Shown here piece by piece: positions 54,775 to 62,982 of a DNA stretch of 62,982 nt (position 1 is the stretch's first letter; each line of letters begins with the position of its first letter). The position numbers and the translations under genes are program-made. Origin of the DNA: a virus (taxonomy: Duplodnaviria; Caudoviricetes); IMG/VR virus record IMGVR_UViG_3300006169_000019, positions 1 to 62,982 of that record, one strand, 5' to 3'. Under the pieces are notes generated by a model that saw only the letters and a list, made by a program, of their open reading frames with translations, made no database searches and was not told the DNA's origin.

Positions 54775-55197
54775 GTGGAGGCGGCGCGGGCGGCATGGCA
54801 GAAAGTGCCGCCCGATCCGCTTCCGGATCGGCCATGGGCTCTTGAGTACCTGTGGGACTGGTTCTGGTTGCTCAGCCGGACCCGCCAGAACGGAATGGAC
54901 GTCAACCCCATCAGCTATCAGGAGATCAAGGCATTCTCCGAGCAGATGGGCCTGGGCATCGACCCTTGGGAAACCCGCATCTTACGGCGGATGGACGACG
55001 CCGCTCTTGAGGCCAGGGCGGGTGATCGAAAAGCTGCAGTTCCCTCGCAGCCGACTACGAGCGATAATAGGCCGATGATTCCCATGTCTGACGTGAAGGG
55101 CGTGAGGGGTCTTTTACGCGGTCTGGCCGTTAAGAAAGATGTCCAGGCTCAGCAAGGACTGCTAGGCAAACGCGGGAAAGGAGGCAAGGATGGCTGA
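54775..55197 (+). CDS. Tail assembly chaperone frameshift extension (gpT-like)
   Basis: YLW.WF..L...R..GM..NPISY.EI.A, PWE...L..MD. Confidence 0.8.
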   Translation: MEAARAAWQKVPPDPLPDRPWALEYLWDWFWLLSRTRQNGMDVNPISYQEIKAFSEQMGLGIDPWETRILRRMDDAALEARAGDRKAAVPSQPTTSDNRPMIPMSDVKGVRGLLRGLAVKKDVQAQQGLLGKRGKGGKDG

Positions 55198-58100
55198 ACT
55201 CGCTGAACTTGGCCTCCGCGTCACGACCAATGCGGATGAGGCGGCTGCCAAGCTTGACCGCCTCGACAACTCCGCGGAGAAGGCCGAACAGTCCAGCGAG
55301 CGCCTTGCCGGGTCCAGCCGCCGAACGGGCGGCGCGATGGCCTCCATGATGGCCAACATCGAGCGCGCAGTGCAGGCCATGGAGCGCCACATGGCCGCCG
55401 CGGCTCGCGCTGACGGGGCGTCCGAACGGCTCGCCATCAGCCAGGATCGCGTCAACGCCTCCTACGCGGCCGGGTACCGGACCACGACCACCTACGCCGC
55501 CAGCTTTGACGGCGTGATTGCCCAACAGACCGCGGCGGCCAACTCCGCCAACAACCTCGCCGCCGCCAACGCGAAGGTGGCTGGTGGTGGGGCCGGAGCC
55601 GCTGACGCCATCGACAAGGTTGACAAGGTCAACCAGAAGGCCGCGAAGTCGTCGGCCCACATGACCGCGGCGACGCTGAACCTGTCCCGTCAGTTCGCCG
55701 ACATCGGCGTGACGGCGGCGATGGGGATGAACCCGCTGATGATCCTGATCCAGCAAGGTCCGCAGATCGCGGACGCGCTGGCCGTGGCGAAGGGCCAAGG
55801 GATCGGCCTAAACGACATGCTGGCCAACATGGCGAAGGTCGCCGGGCCGGTCCTGCCGCTGCTCACCGGCATCGGGATCGTCGCCGGGGCCGCGTTCGGC
55901 GCCGCCGCGCTCGCCGCCCACACGCTCAACCAAGAGAACAAGAACATCGTGGACGGCCTGGGGCTGTCCGAGAAGCAGCTGAAGCGCCTCAAGGACGCCG
56001 GGGTGGATACCGGCGTGACCATCGGCGACGTGTTCAAGGGCACGGCGAACCTTGTTGGCGAGATGCTGGCCCCGGCCTTCAAGAAGGTCAAGGACAGCGT
56101 CAGCAACTACATGTCCGAGATGGCCGCCAACACGGTCAAGGAAGTGAAGGCGATCAGCAGCGCGTTCGCCTACGCCTACACCTACGCCACGACCATCTGG
56201 GGAAAGCTCCCGGCCGTGATGGGCGACATCGTCATCACGACGGTCAACGCGATCCTTCGCGGCCTGGAGATGATGACCAACAAGGCCATCGACAAGATCA
56301 ACGGCCTGATCCGGATGGGGAACGCAGCGGCCAAGGGCGTGGGCCTGAACGTCCAGATGGGCACGCTGGGCAACGTCGCGTTCGGTCAGGTCGCCAACCC
56401 CAACGCGGGCGCCGCCCGGAGCGCGCACAACGAAGCCGACGCCGCGGCGCGAGCGGCCGGAGACCGGGCCGCGAAGGGCGTGGACAAGTTCCTGGATCGG
56501 TGGGGCAAGGCCATCGTGGGCGCCACGGAGGCTCGCCTTAAGAAGGCCGCTGGCGAGGACACAGGAAAGAAGGCCAGGGAAGCCAAGGAGAAGGCCGCCC
56601 CAAGGGATCGTACAGACGAACGGACGGCCCAACTCGCCGCCCAAATTCAGGGCGCTATGCAGGAGGAACTGCAAGCCCGGCTCGCGATCACCCGCGACAT
56701 CAGCGAGCGCGCCAACATCGAACGCCAGATCATCGAAGCGTCGGTGGCCCAGAAGAACGCGCAAGTGGCCAAGCAGATCGCGGACATTGCCGACGACAAG
56801 GGGCTGTCCGACGCCAAGAAAGCCGAACTGACCAAGCAGCTGGAAGCCGTCCAAGCGATCAACAACCGCGTCGGCATCCTCAAGACCATCGCCGTCAACG
56901 AAGCCGAGCAGGACGCGCTGCTGAAGCAGGCGAACGCGATCCGCACGGCTGACCTCGAAAACCAGCAAGGCGTCCTGCAGTCGCAGCAGGGGCTCGCCAA
57001 GTTCGGCTACGAGCGGATGGAGATTGAGCTCAAGCTGCTGGACATCGCCTACCAGCTGGAAAAGATCAAGCTGGAAGAGGTCATCAACAGCACCCAGACG
57101 ACGCAAGCTGAGAAGGCCATCGCCGCCGCCCGGCTCCGGACCCTGGAGACGATCACCAAGAACCGCAAGGCGGCCATCGACGGCGGCGCGGAGGGCGCGT
57201 TCAACCGGGTCGCCGGAGCCCTCAACAACGCGGCCAACGCCTTCCAGCAGAAGGACTGGATGGGCGCGGTCAACGGCGTCATGGAGGCGTTCGGCAACCT
57301 GCGCGCGGCCTTCTCCCAAGCCGGGAACGCCGCGGGCAAGTTCGGCGCCGTCGCGGGTGTCGCCCAAGTCGCCGGTCAGGTGATTGGCGGCCGGGCTGGT
57401 GGCGTGCTTTCCGGCGCCGCGTCCGGTGCCATGGCCGGGTTCCAGATCGGCGGCCCGGTGGGTGGGGTCATCGGCGGCATCATCGGCGGCATCGGTGGCC
57501 TGCTTGGCGGCAACAAGGCGAAGAAAGAGCAGAAGCGCCAAGAGGAAGCGGCCCGCCAACAAGCCCTCGCCGAAGCCGCGGCCAAGCGGGCGGCCGAAGC
57601 GCGTGACCAGGAAATCATGCTGCTGGAGCTTGCCGGCAAGTCGGTGGAGGCACTGACCCTCCGGCGTCAAGCCGAGCTTGAGAGCCTGGACGCCGCCAAC
57701 CGGGCGCGGCAGATGGAAATCTACCGGCTGATGGACGAGGCCGAAGCCAAGGCGAAGGTGGAGGCTCTGAACAAGCAGCGGCGCGAAATGGAGATCAAGT
57801 TGATGGAGGCAGCGGGCGATGCTGCCGGCGCCCTCGCCGCCCGTCGCGCCGACGAACTGGCCGCGATGGACGCGAGCCTGCGGCCCTGGCAGGAAGCCAT
57901 CAACGCCGTCACCGACGCCCGCGAAGCCGAGACCGCGGAGATGGAGCGGCAGGCCGAAATCCTCGACAAGATCAACGAGCGCGTCATGGCCGCCAACGAG
58001 GCGGTGGACCGGGCTCAGCAGGAAGTGGAAGCCGCCCAGCAGCGCCTCATCGACGCCTACAACGCGGAGCACAACCGCATTCAAGAGGCGATTGACGCGC

Positions 58101-59161
58101 AGCAGCAGACCATCGACAAGTGGCAGGACACCATCGCCGGGCTCCGCGACTACATCGGCAACCTGGACGCCCTTGAGCGCGAAATCCGGGCGGCCGGTGG
58201 CGGCGAGGGCGGCTACGCGGCCTCCCGTTCCGAGTTCCAGCGGATCGCGGCCCTGGCCGCCTCTGGCGACGCCGGTGGGCAGGCGAGCCTGGAAGGCGCC
58301 ATCAGCAGCTTCCTGTCCGCGTCGTCTTCCACCCAGAGCCGCGCGCAGCAGGCGCGAGACCGGGCGCTGGCCCTCCGCGCCGTGGAGGACGCCCGGAAGA
58401 ACGCGCAAGAGCAGATCGACAAGGCGCAAATCCAAATCGACCTCGCGCAGGCGCAGATCAACATTCTGAAGGCCCAACAGGACACGCTCCGGCAACAAGT
58501 CGAGCAGCTGGTGGACCTTGGGGGCAAGGTCGTGTCCGTGGAAGAGGCGATCCACGGCCTGGGTGGGGCCATCGCCAACCTCGCCGCCGCTCAAGCCGAG
58601 CAGGCCGCGGCGATCCGCGAACAGACGGCGGCCCAGCAAGCGGCCGAAGCCGCGGAGGCCCAGCGCCACCAACAGCTGCTCGCCGCCCAGGAGGCCGCGC
58701 GCCAAGCCGCAGAGGCGGCCCGCGTCGCCCAGCAACAGCAGCCCCAAGCGCCGGGCAACAACCCCACCGGGCCGGTGGCCGATCCCACGGCCGGGATGAG
58801 CCTTGGACAGCAAGTCATCACGAAGCGGCCGGACGTGGCGGCCGAAGCCGAACGCCTGCTTGCCGTCGCGGATCGAAACAGCCCCTGGTTCAGCCAGCAC
58901 GGCCTCGACAGGGGCGTGGAGGGCTTCGCCGAGTGGTGGGCCACGCAAGGCGCCGGAGCCCAAGAGTGGCAGGGCGCGACCCCGGCCCCGCCGCCGCCGT
59001 CCAACGACAACTCGCTGGTGGGTCAGGTTCTGAATGACCTGAAGGTGGAGATGGCCCGCGTGGCCTCCGCGTCCGAGCAATCGGCCGACGCGAACCGCGA
59101 CACCCGAGACACGCTGTTCCGGGTCACCCAAGGCGGCCGTGGCATGACGGTGATTGAATAA
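55190..59161 (+). CDS. Tape measure protein
   Basis: 1323 aa Ala-rich helical; Q..DI......G.NP....IQQG.QI. Confidence 0.92.
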   Translation: MAELAELGLRVTTNADEAAAKLDRLDNSAEKAEQSSERLAGSSRRTGGAMASMMANIERAVQAMERHMAAAARADGASERLAISQDRVNASYAAGYRTTTTYAASFDGVIAQQTAAANSANNLAAANAKVAGGGAGAADAIDKVDKVNQKAAKSSAHMTAATLNLSRQFADIGVTAAMGMNPLMILIQQGPQIADALAVAKGQGIGLNDMLANMAKVAGPVLPLLTGIGIVAGAAFGAAALAAHTLNQENKNIVDGLGLSEKQLKRLKDAGVDTGVTIGDVFKGTANLVGEMLAPAFKKVKDSVSNYMSEMAANTVKEVKAISSAFAYAYTYATTIWGKLPAVMGDIVITTVNAILRGLEMMTNKAIDKINGLIRMGNAAAKGVGLNVQMGTLGNVAFGQVANPNAGAARSAHNEADAAARAAGDRAAKGVDKFLDRWGKAIVGATEARLKKAAGEDTGKKAREAKEKAAPRDRTDERTAQLAAQIQGAMQEELQARLAITRDISERANIERQIIEASVAQKNAQVAKQIADIADDKGLSDAKKAELTKQLEAVQAINNRVGILKTIAVNEAEQDALLKQANAIRTADLENQQGVLQSQQGLAKFGYERMEIELKLLDIAYQLEKIKLEEVINSTQTTQAEKAIAAARLRTLETITKNRKAAIDGGAEGAFNRVAGALNNAANAFQQKDWMGAVNGVMEAFGNLRAAFSQAGNAAGKFGAVAGVAQVAGQVIGGRAGGVLSGAASGAMAGFQIGGPVGGVIGGIIGGIGGLLGGNKAKKEQKRQEEAARQQALAEAAAKRAAEARDQEIMLLELAGKSVEALTLRRQAELESLDAANRARQMEIYRLMDEAEAKAKVEALNKQRREMEIKLMEAAGDAAGALAARRADELAAMDASLRPWQEAINAVTDAREAETAEMERQAEILDKINERVMAANEAVDRAQQEVEAAQQRLIDAYNAEHNRIQEAIDAQQQTIDKWQDTIAGLRDYIGNLDALEREIRAAGGGEGGYAASRSEFQRIAALAASGDAGGQASLEGAISSFLSASSSTQSRAQQARDRALALRAVEDARKNAQEQIDKAQIQIDLAQAQINILKAQQDTLRQQVEQLVDLGGKVVSVEEAIHGLGGAIANLAAAQAEQAAAIREQTAAQQAAEAAEAQRHQQLLAAQEAARQAAEAARVAQQQQPQAPGNNPTGPVADPTAGMSLGQQVITKRPDVAAEAERLLAVADRNSPWFSQHGLDRGVEGFAEWWATQGAGAQEWQGATPAPPPPSNDNSLVGQVLNDLKVEMARVASASEQSADANRDTRDTLFRVTQGGRGMTVIE

Positions 59162-60084
59162 TGCGCGTGATCCCGCCCCTCATCGAGACCGGCGTGTCCA
59201 TCACTGAGGCCATGCTTGCTCAGTCTTCGGTCAACGAGACGGAGCCGCTGTACTCATCCGCCACGACCTACGCCCTGGGCAACATCGTCCGCGGGCCGGT
59301 GGCGAGCCCGAACGCCCACAAGCTGTTCGAGAGCCTGCAGCCGAACAACACCAACCACCCCGTCACCGATCCGGCGTGGTGGCTTGAGATCGGCCCCACG
59401 AACAAGTGGGCCATGTTCGACCTTCTGCGCAACACGGCCAGCGTCGGCACGAGCCCCATGACGGTGGAGTTCGTGCCCGGCCGCCGCATCGACGCCATCG
59501 GCCTCGCCGGGGTCATCGCGGATTTCGTCCGCGTGGAAGTCATCGTGAACGGCAACGTGGTCTTCACGCACACCGAGGCAATGTCCACGCGGCGCGTGAC
59601 GAACTGGTATCAGTATTTCTTCGCCGACTTCACGTACAAGTCCAGCTTCGCGTTGTTCGATCTGCCGCCCTATACCAACGGGCGCGTCCGGATTACTGCC
59701 TTCACGACGGACAACCGGCTGGTGGAGATTGGCGGCATCGTCGCGAATGCTGCCGTGTACCTGGGCGATGTGGAGCCGACTGCGGAAGACGACGCCTTCA
59801 ACTTCTCCACAATTGACCGCGACATCGAGGGCAACGCGGAACTGAAGCGGCGTCGGACCCTTCCCAAGACGAACCAAACGCTCTACGTTGACTCATCCCA
59901 GGTTCCGAGTATTCGTGATGCCAGAAGGAAGCTGAACGCCGTGCCGGCGATCTGGGCTGGTCTTGAAGACCCAGATCATGACTACTTCCCCTCGCTGTTG
60001 ATCTTGGGCATCTACACGAGGTTCACCATCAACCTGGACCATGAGACCTTGGCCCGCGTCGCCCTTGAGCTTGAGGAAATCTGA
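59161..60084 (+). CDS. Distal tail/tip protein
   Basis: Follows the tape measure gene; TY.LG..V, WLEIGPTN.WAMFD. Confidence 0.7.
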   Translation: MRVIPPLIETGVSITEAMLAQSSVNETEPLYSSATTYALGNIVRGPVASPNAHKLFESLQPNNTNHPVTDPAWWLEIGPTNKWAMFDLLRNTASVGTSPMTVEFVPGRRIDAIGLAGVIADFVRVEVIVNGNVVFTHTEAMSTRRVTNWYQYFFADFTYKSSFALFDLPPYTNGRVRITAFTTDNRLVEIGGIVANAAVYLGDVEPTAEDDAFNFSTIDRDIEGNAELKRRRTLPKTNQTLYVDSSQVPSIRDARRKLNAVPAIWAGLEDPDHDYFPSLLILGIYTRFTINLDHETLARVALELEEI

Positions 60085-61049
60085 TGCCGATCAGCGCACC
60101 GCCTCCCGCCCCGAGTACGACCGATCCGACAACCTTTGCGGCGCGGGCTGACGCGTGGCTGGTTTACTGGGAGTTGATGGTTCCGCAGCTGAATGCGCTG
60201 CAGGAAGACGTCACCACCAAGCGCAACCAGACCCAGGCCGCAGCCGCCGCGGCGGCGCTCTCAGCCCAGGAGGCCACGACCCAGGCCAACACGGCGCGCG
60301 ACCTTGTGAACGTCGCGAAGGCGCTGCCCATCACCCCGGCGTCGTCGGTGACCAACATCGTGATCCCGGCTCCGGGCGCCCAGGTCACCGGCATCCTGGC
60401 GGAGAATGCCAAGGGCTGGGGGATCGGGAACAAGATCAGGTGGGTGAACCGGGCGAACGTCGATCAGTGGATGGAAGGCGTCATCACGGCATTCGAGCCC
60501 GGCCCGGCCGGGGCGAACCCGCGCCAGATGACGTTCACCGTCACGGCCAGCGAGGGCGAAGGCGTCGCCGCGGCCAACTGGAGCGTGATCACGGCGCTGG
60601 GCGCGGTCTCGACCATCGCGGACATCACCGACTACGAGGCCGACCAAGCCGCCCGGCGCAACGATCTGGATGACGAGTTTGAGGCCGACCGCAACCGCCT
60701 GGAAGAGCTTGAGGGCGGGCGCGATCCGGTGATGCTGCTGACGCCCAACAACGCGGGCGTGCTGACCATCGACCTTGGGGGCGACAAGGTTGACTTCAAG
60801 GTGGTCACGAACGCCAACATCACCGGCATCAACTTCATCAATCCTCCGGTCTCCGGCCGCCTCAAGCGGTTCCAGATGCGGCTTGCCTTCACCGGCGTCG
60901 CCCGCACCATCGCGTGGCCAGCAGCGGTGAAGTGGGCGTCGGGCGTGCCGAGCTTCAGCTACACGAACGGCAAGGAGGCTCTGCTGAGCTTCTACACCGA
61001 CGACGCTGGCGCCAAGTATCATGGGTTCTTCGCGGGTGAGAGTGGCTGA
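60084..61049 (+). CDS. Tail fibre protein
   Basis: PP.PS..DP..F..RADA N-terminus; C-terminal I.WPA.VKW..G.P.......L.F.T.D.G. Confidence 0.7.
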   Translation: MPISAPPPAPSTTDPTTFAARADAWLVYWELMVPQLNALQEDVTTKRNQTQAAAAAAALSAQEATTQANTARDLVNVAKALPITPASSVTNIVIPAPGAQVTGILAENAKGWGIGNKIRWVNRANVDQWMEGVITAFEPGPAGANPRQMTFTVTASEGEGVAAANWSVITALGAVSTIADITDYEADQAARRNDLDDEFEADRNRLEELEGGRDPVMLLTPNNAGVLTIDLGGDKVDFKVVTNANITGINFINPPVSGRLKRFQMRLAFTGVARTIAWPAAVKWASGVPSFSYTNGKEALLSFYTDDAGAKYHGFFAGESG

Positions 61050-61558
61050 TGTCGCGGGCCCAAATCTTCCCAAGCCTCAAGTTCACCCAGTATCTGACGT
61101 ATGTCGATGAGGGCGGCTACCAGTATGGGGAGACCGCGCAATACACCGCACTCTACTCGATCTTCTGGACGGCCTGGAACACCAACTACAACTCGATTGT
61201 GATGCGGGAAACCGCATACTTCGTGGCCAGGAATACGGGCACGGTCGCTCAGACTTCGCATGTGACGAGCATGCAGACGAGCAGTTACACCTACGTCCAA
61301 TACTGGCACAATCCTTACGAGCCGGACATCACGCAGTGGGATACCTACTTCAATACTTCATTCACCACGACGTATGACACCGGCCAGCAGTACGTCACCC
61401 AGTACTACTCCAACGTCTGGACTGCGACGGACGTGCCCAAGCCGGTTGTGACCGCCGTCCAGACCGGCATCACGACCCTCCGCTACACGGTGGAGGGCAC
61501 CTACGTTTATGTCGAGAGCCAAACCGCCTTCAACACCTGGCATTACACACGATGGTAG
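61049..61558 (+). CDS. Thr/Tyr-rich fibre-like protein with period-4 Thr/Ser
   Basis: 32 Thr in 169 aa (hand count); TxxxT arrays; TGATG coupled to the fibre gene. Confidence 0.7.
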   Translation: MSRAQIFPSLKFTQYLTYVDEGGYQYGETAQYTALYSIFWTAWNTNYNSIVMRETAYFVARNTGTVAQTSHVTSMQTSSYTYVQYWHNPYEPDITQWDTYFNTSFTTTYDTGQQYVTQYYSNVWTATDVPKPVVTAVQTGITTLRYTVEGTYVYVESQTAFNTWHYTRW

Positions 61559-62538
61559 TCCGCATCCGATCCCACCTCACCAAGATGAGCGACAAGCAGG
61601 CGCTCGCCGCGAACATCAGCCCGGAGTTCGTCCGGCGCCGGGGCGCCCATCTGGAGCGCCTGCACGCGCTGGAGGACATGGTGCGCGAGCTTTGCCCGCT
61701 CCCGGTCTCCTACGATGTGGGCCGGGGCCAGCCGCCCTACTTCACCGAGTTCACCTACAGCGAGATGCTTGGGCAACTCTTCCTGAACCCGCAGAGCAGC
61801 GAGGTTTCCCACCGGATGGTGGCCGAAGCCTTCGCCCGCGGCCGGGTGGGGGCGTTCGATGCGGTGGAGGCCATCCTGAGCCGAGCGGGCGACAAGTACA
61901 CGCTGGACGGCGCCCCGGCCGGGCCGCTGCCCAAGCGCGTGGTCTTCCTGCCGGGCACGAACTGCTTCAACGAGATGGCGAGCAAGGAGGCCATCACCCG
62001 CGTCGCCCACGAGTTCCCTGACGCGATCTTCAAGCCCCATCCCATGACGGCCGAACCGACGCTGCGACAGCTGGGCATGCAAGTCGGCTATGATCGCCTC
62101 GCCGGGCCGATGGAGAGCGGCTGGGCGTACCTCATGGCGGCCGATGAGGTCTGGGCGACCACCTGCACCGAGATGGGCCTGTACGCCACGCTGCTGGGCA
62201 AGCGCCTCCGGAGCGTGGGCAACGTCCGTTTCGAGGCCCATGGCGCCTTCGCCCCGTTCTACCACCTGATCCGCGGCAAGGAGCCCGGCGCGGCGGCAGC
62301 GGACCTGCGGCAGGCGCTGAACAGTTACGGCTCCGGCTTCATCCATCCGGACGATCCCGACGCAGAAGGCAAGGTGCGCGCCGCTATCGACTTGGCGCTG
62401 GAACTCAGGCAACCTTTCAAGCCGCTCGCCTACGAATATGATCCGGGCGAATACACAACTATGACGCGAGGTCAAAATGCTCTACGCCCAAGTGGCCCGG
62501 AAGGGCGGCGCGATCCTCAAGTGGCCCATCCGGCCTAA
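61552..62538 (+). CDS. KpsC/KpsS-like (capsule synthesis, GT-B) glycosyltransferase-fold protein
   Basis: VVFLPG, IFKPHP, ADEVW.T..TEMGL.A.LLGK motifs. Confidence 0.65.
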   Translation: MVVRIRSHLTKMSDKQALAANISPEFVRRRGAHLERLHALEDMVRELCPLPVSYDVGRGQPPYFTEFTYSEMLGQLFLNPQSSEVSHRMVAEAFARGRVGAFDAVEAILSRAGDKYTLDGAPAGPLPKRVVFLPGTNCFNEMASKEAITRVAHEFPDAIFKPHPMTAEPTLRQLGMQVGYDRLAGPMESGWAYLMAADEVWATTCTEMGLYATLLGKRLRSVGNVRFEAHGAFAPFYHLIRGKEPGAAAADLRQALNSYGSGFIHPDDPDAEGKVRAAIDLALELRQPFKPLAYEYDPGEYTTMTRGQNALRPSGPEGRRDPQVAHPA

Positions 62539-62950
62539 CGAGGTCGCCGAGACAATCAACGTCTCGCTCCCGGCCGATGAGAAGGCGCTGGAGCAGATGG
62601 ACCTGTCCGTGTACGGCATCTACCCGGTGCCGGAGAGCCCGGTTCCGGCGCCGTCCAGCCCCACCGCCCAAGTCGTGCTGGCGGAGCCGATCTGGGAAGA
62701 CGGCGGCTTGGTGCGCCAGTACACCGAACGGCAGCTGACCGAAGAGCAGGTCAACGCGGCCTGGAACAACATTCGCAAGGAGCGCAACGCCCGGCTCCGC
62801 GCCACCGACTGGTCACAGAGCGTGGCTGACATCGACCCGGAGACCAAGGAGAAGTTCGCCGCATATCGGCAGAAGCTCCGCGATCTGACGGAGACCAACC
62901 AGAGCCCGTTCGCCGTCGAATGGCCCGTTCATCCCGACGACCAACCGTAA
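62477..62950 (+). CDS. Tail fibre assembly chaperone
   Basis: W..IR.ERN..L..TDW.Q..D, YRQ.LRDL...Q.PF.V.WP..P. Confidence 0.85.
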   Translation: MLYAQVARKGGAILKWPIRPNEVAETINVSLPADEKALEQMDLSVYGIYPVPESPVPAPSSPTAQVVLAEPIWEDGGLVRQYTERQLTEEQVNAAWNNIRKERNARLRATDWSQSVADIDPETKEKFAAYRQKLRDLTETNQSPFAVEWPVHPDDQP

Positions 62951-62982
62951 GGAGACCACATGCCGCGCAAGCTGATCATCAC
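62896..62982. repeat. Terminal direct repeat, right copy
   Basis: Identical to 1-87. Confidence 0.95.

Noticed and set aside
55808-59131. 1107-aa antisense ORF and other long shadow ORFs (e.g. 224-2533, 22473-24437, 47080-48903, 6992-8722)
   Set aside because: They mirror real genes in GC-rich DNA with strong codon bias; no motifs or RBS
61049-61558. Diversity-generating retroelement target
   Set aside because: No reverse transcriptase and no template/variable repeat pair seen

Overview
This window is a complete, circularly closed genome of a GC-rich, apparently lytic tailed phage. The first 87 bp repeat the last 87 bp, giving about 62,895 bp of unique sequence. The tail genes indicate a siphovirus; an alphaproteobacterial host is plausible but only inferred. 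The plus strand carries the late module (42.7-62.95 kb, continuing across the junction to 4.9 kb): TerS, TerL, portal, scaffold, capsid, neck, tail tube, frameshifted chaperones, tape measure, fibre genes, a GH16-containing appendage protein and a holin/endolysin/spanin cassette. The minus strand carries early and replication genes (5-42 kb) driven by ten copies of one promoter: C5-methyltransferase-like protein, ThyX-like, class II RNR, SNF2 helicase, resolvase, DnaE, DEDD exonuclease, UvrD helicase and many small host-interaction ORFs; the primase-helicase is divergent. I saw no integrase, repressor, CRISPR array or canonical tRNA. There are two main candidates for an undescribed system. (1) An operon running directly into the polymerase: FAD oxidoreductase, Nmad5-like, a ThyX paralogue with rewired catalytic motifs, HAD phosphatase, SDR, VOC-fold enzyme and Nmad1/DUF6378-like. 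It looks like a pathway for a new modified pyrimidine and is preceded by a highly structured RNA leader. (2) A KpsC/KpsS-like glycosyltransferase-fold gene inside the tail-fibre module, overlapping a protein with Thr/Ser at every fourth residue, which suggests virion fibre glycosylation. All family assignments come from motif recognition by eye, not database searches.
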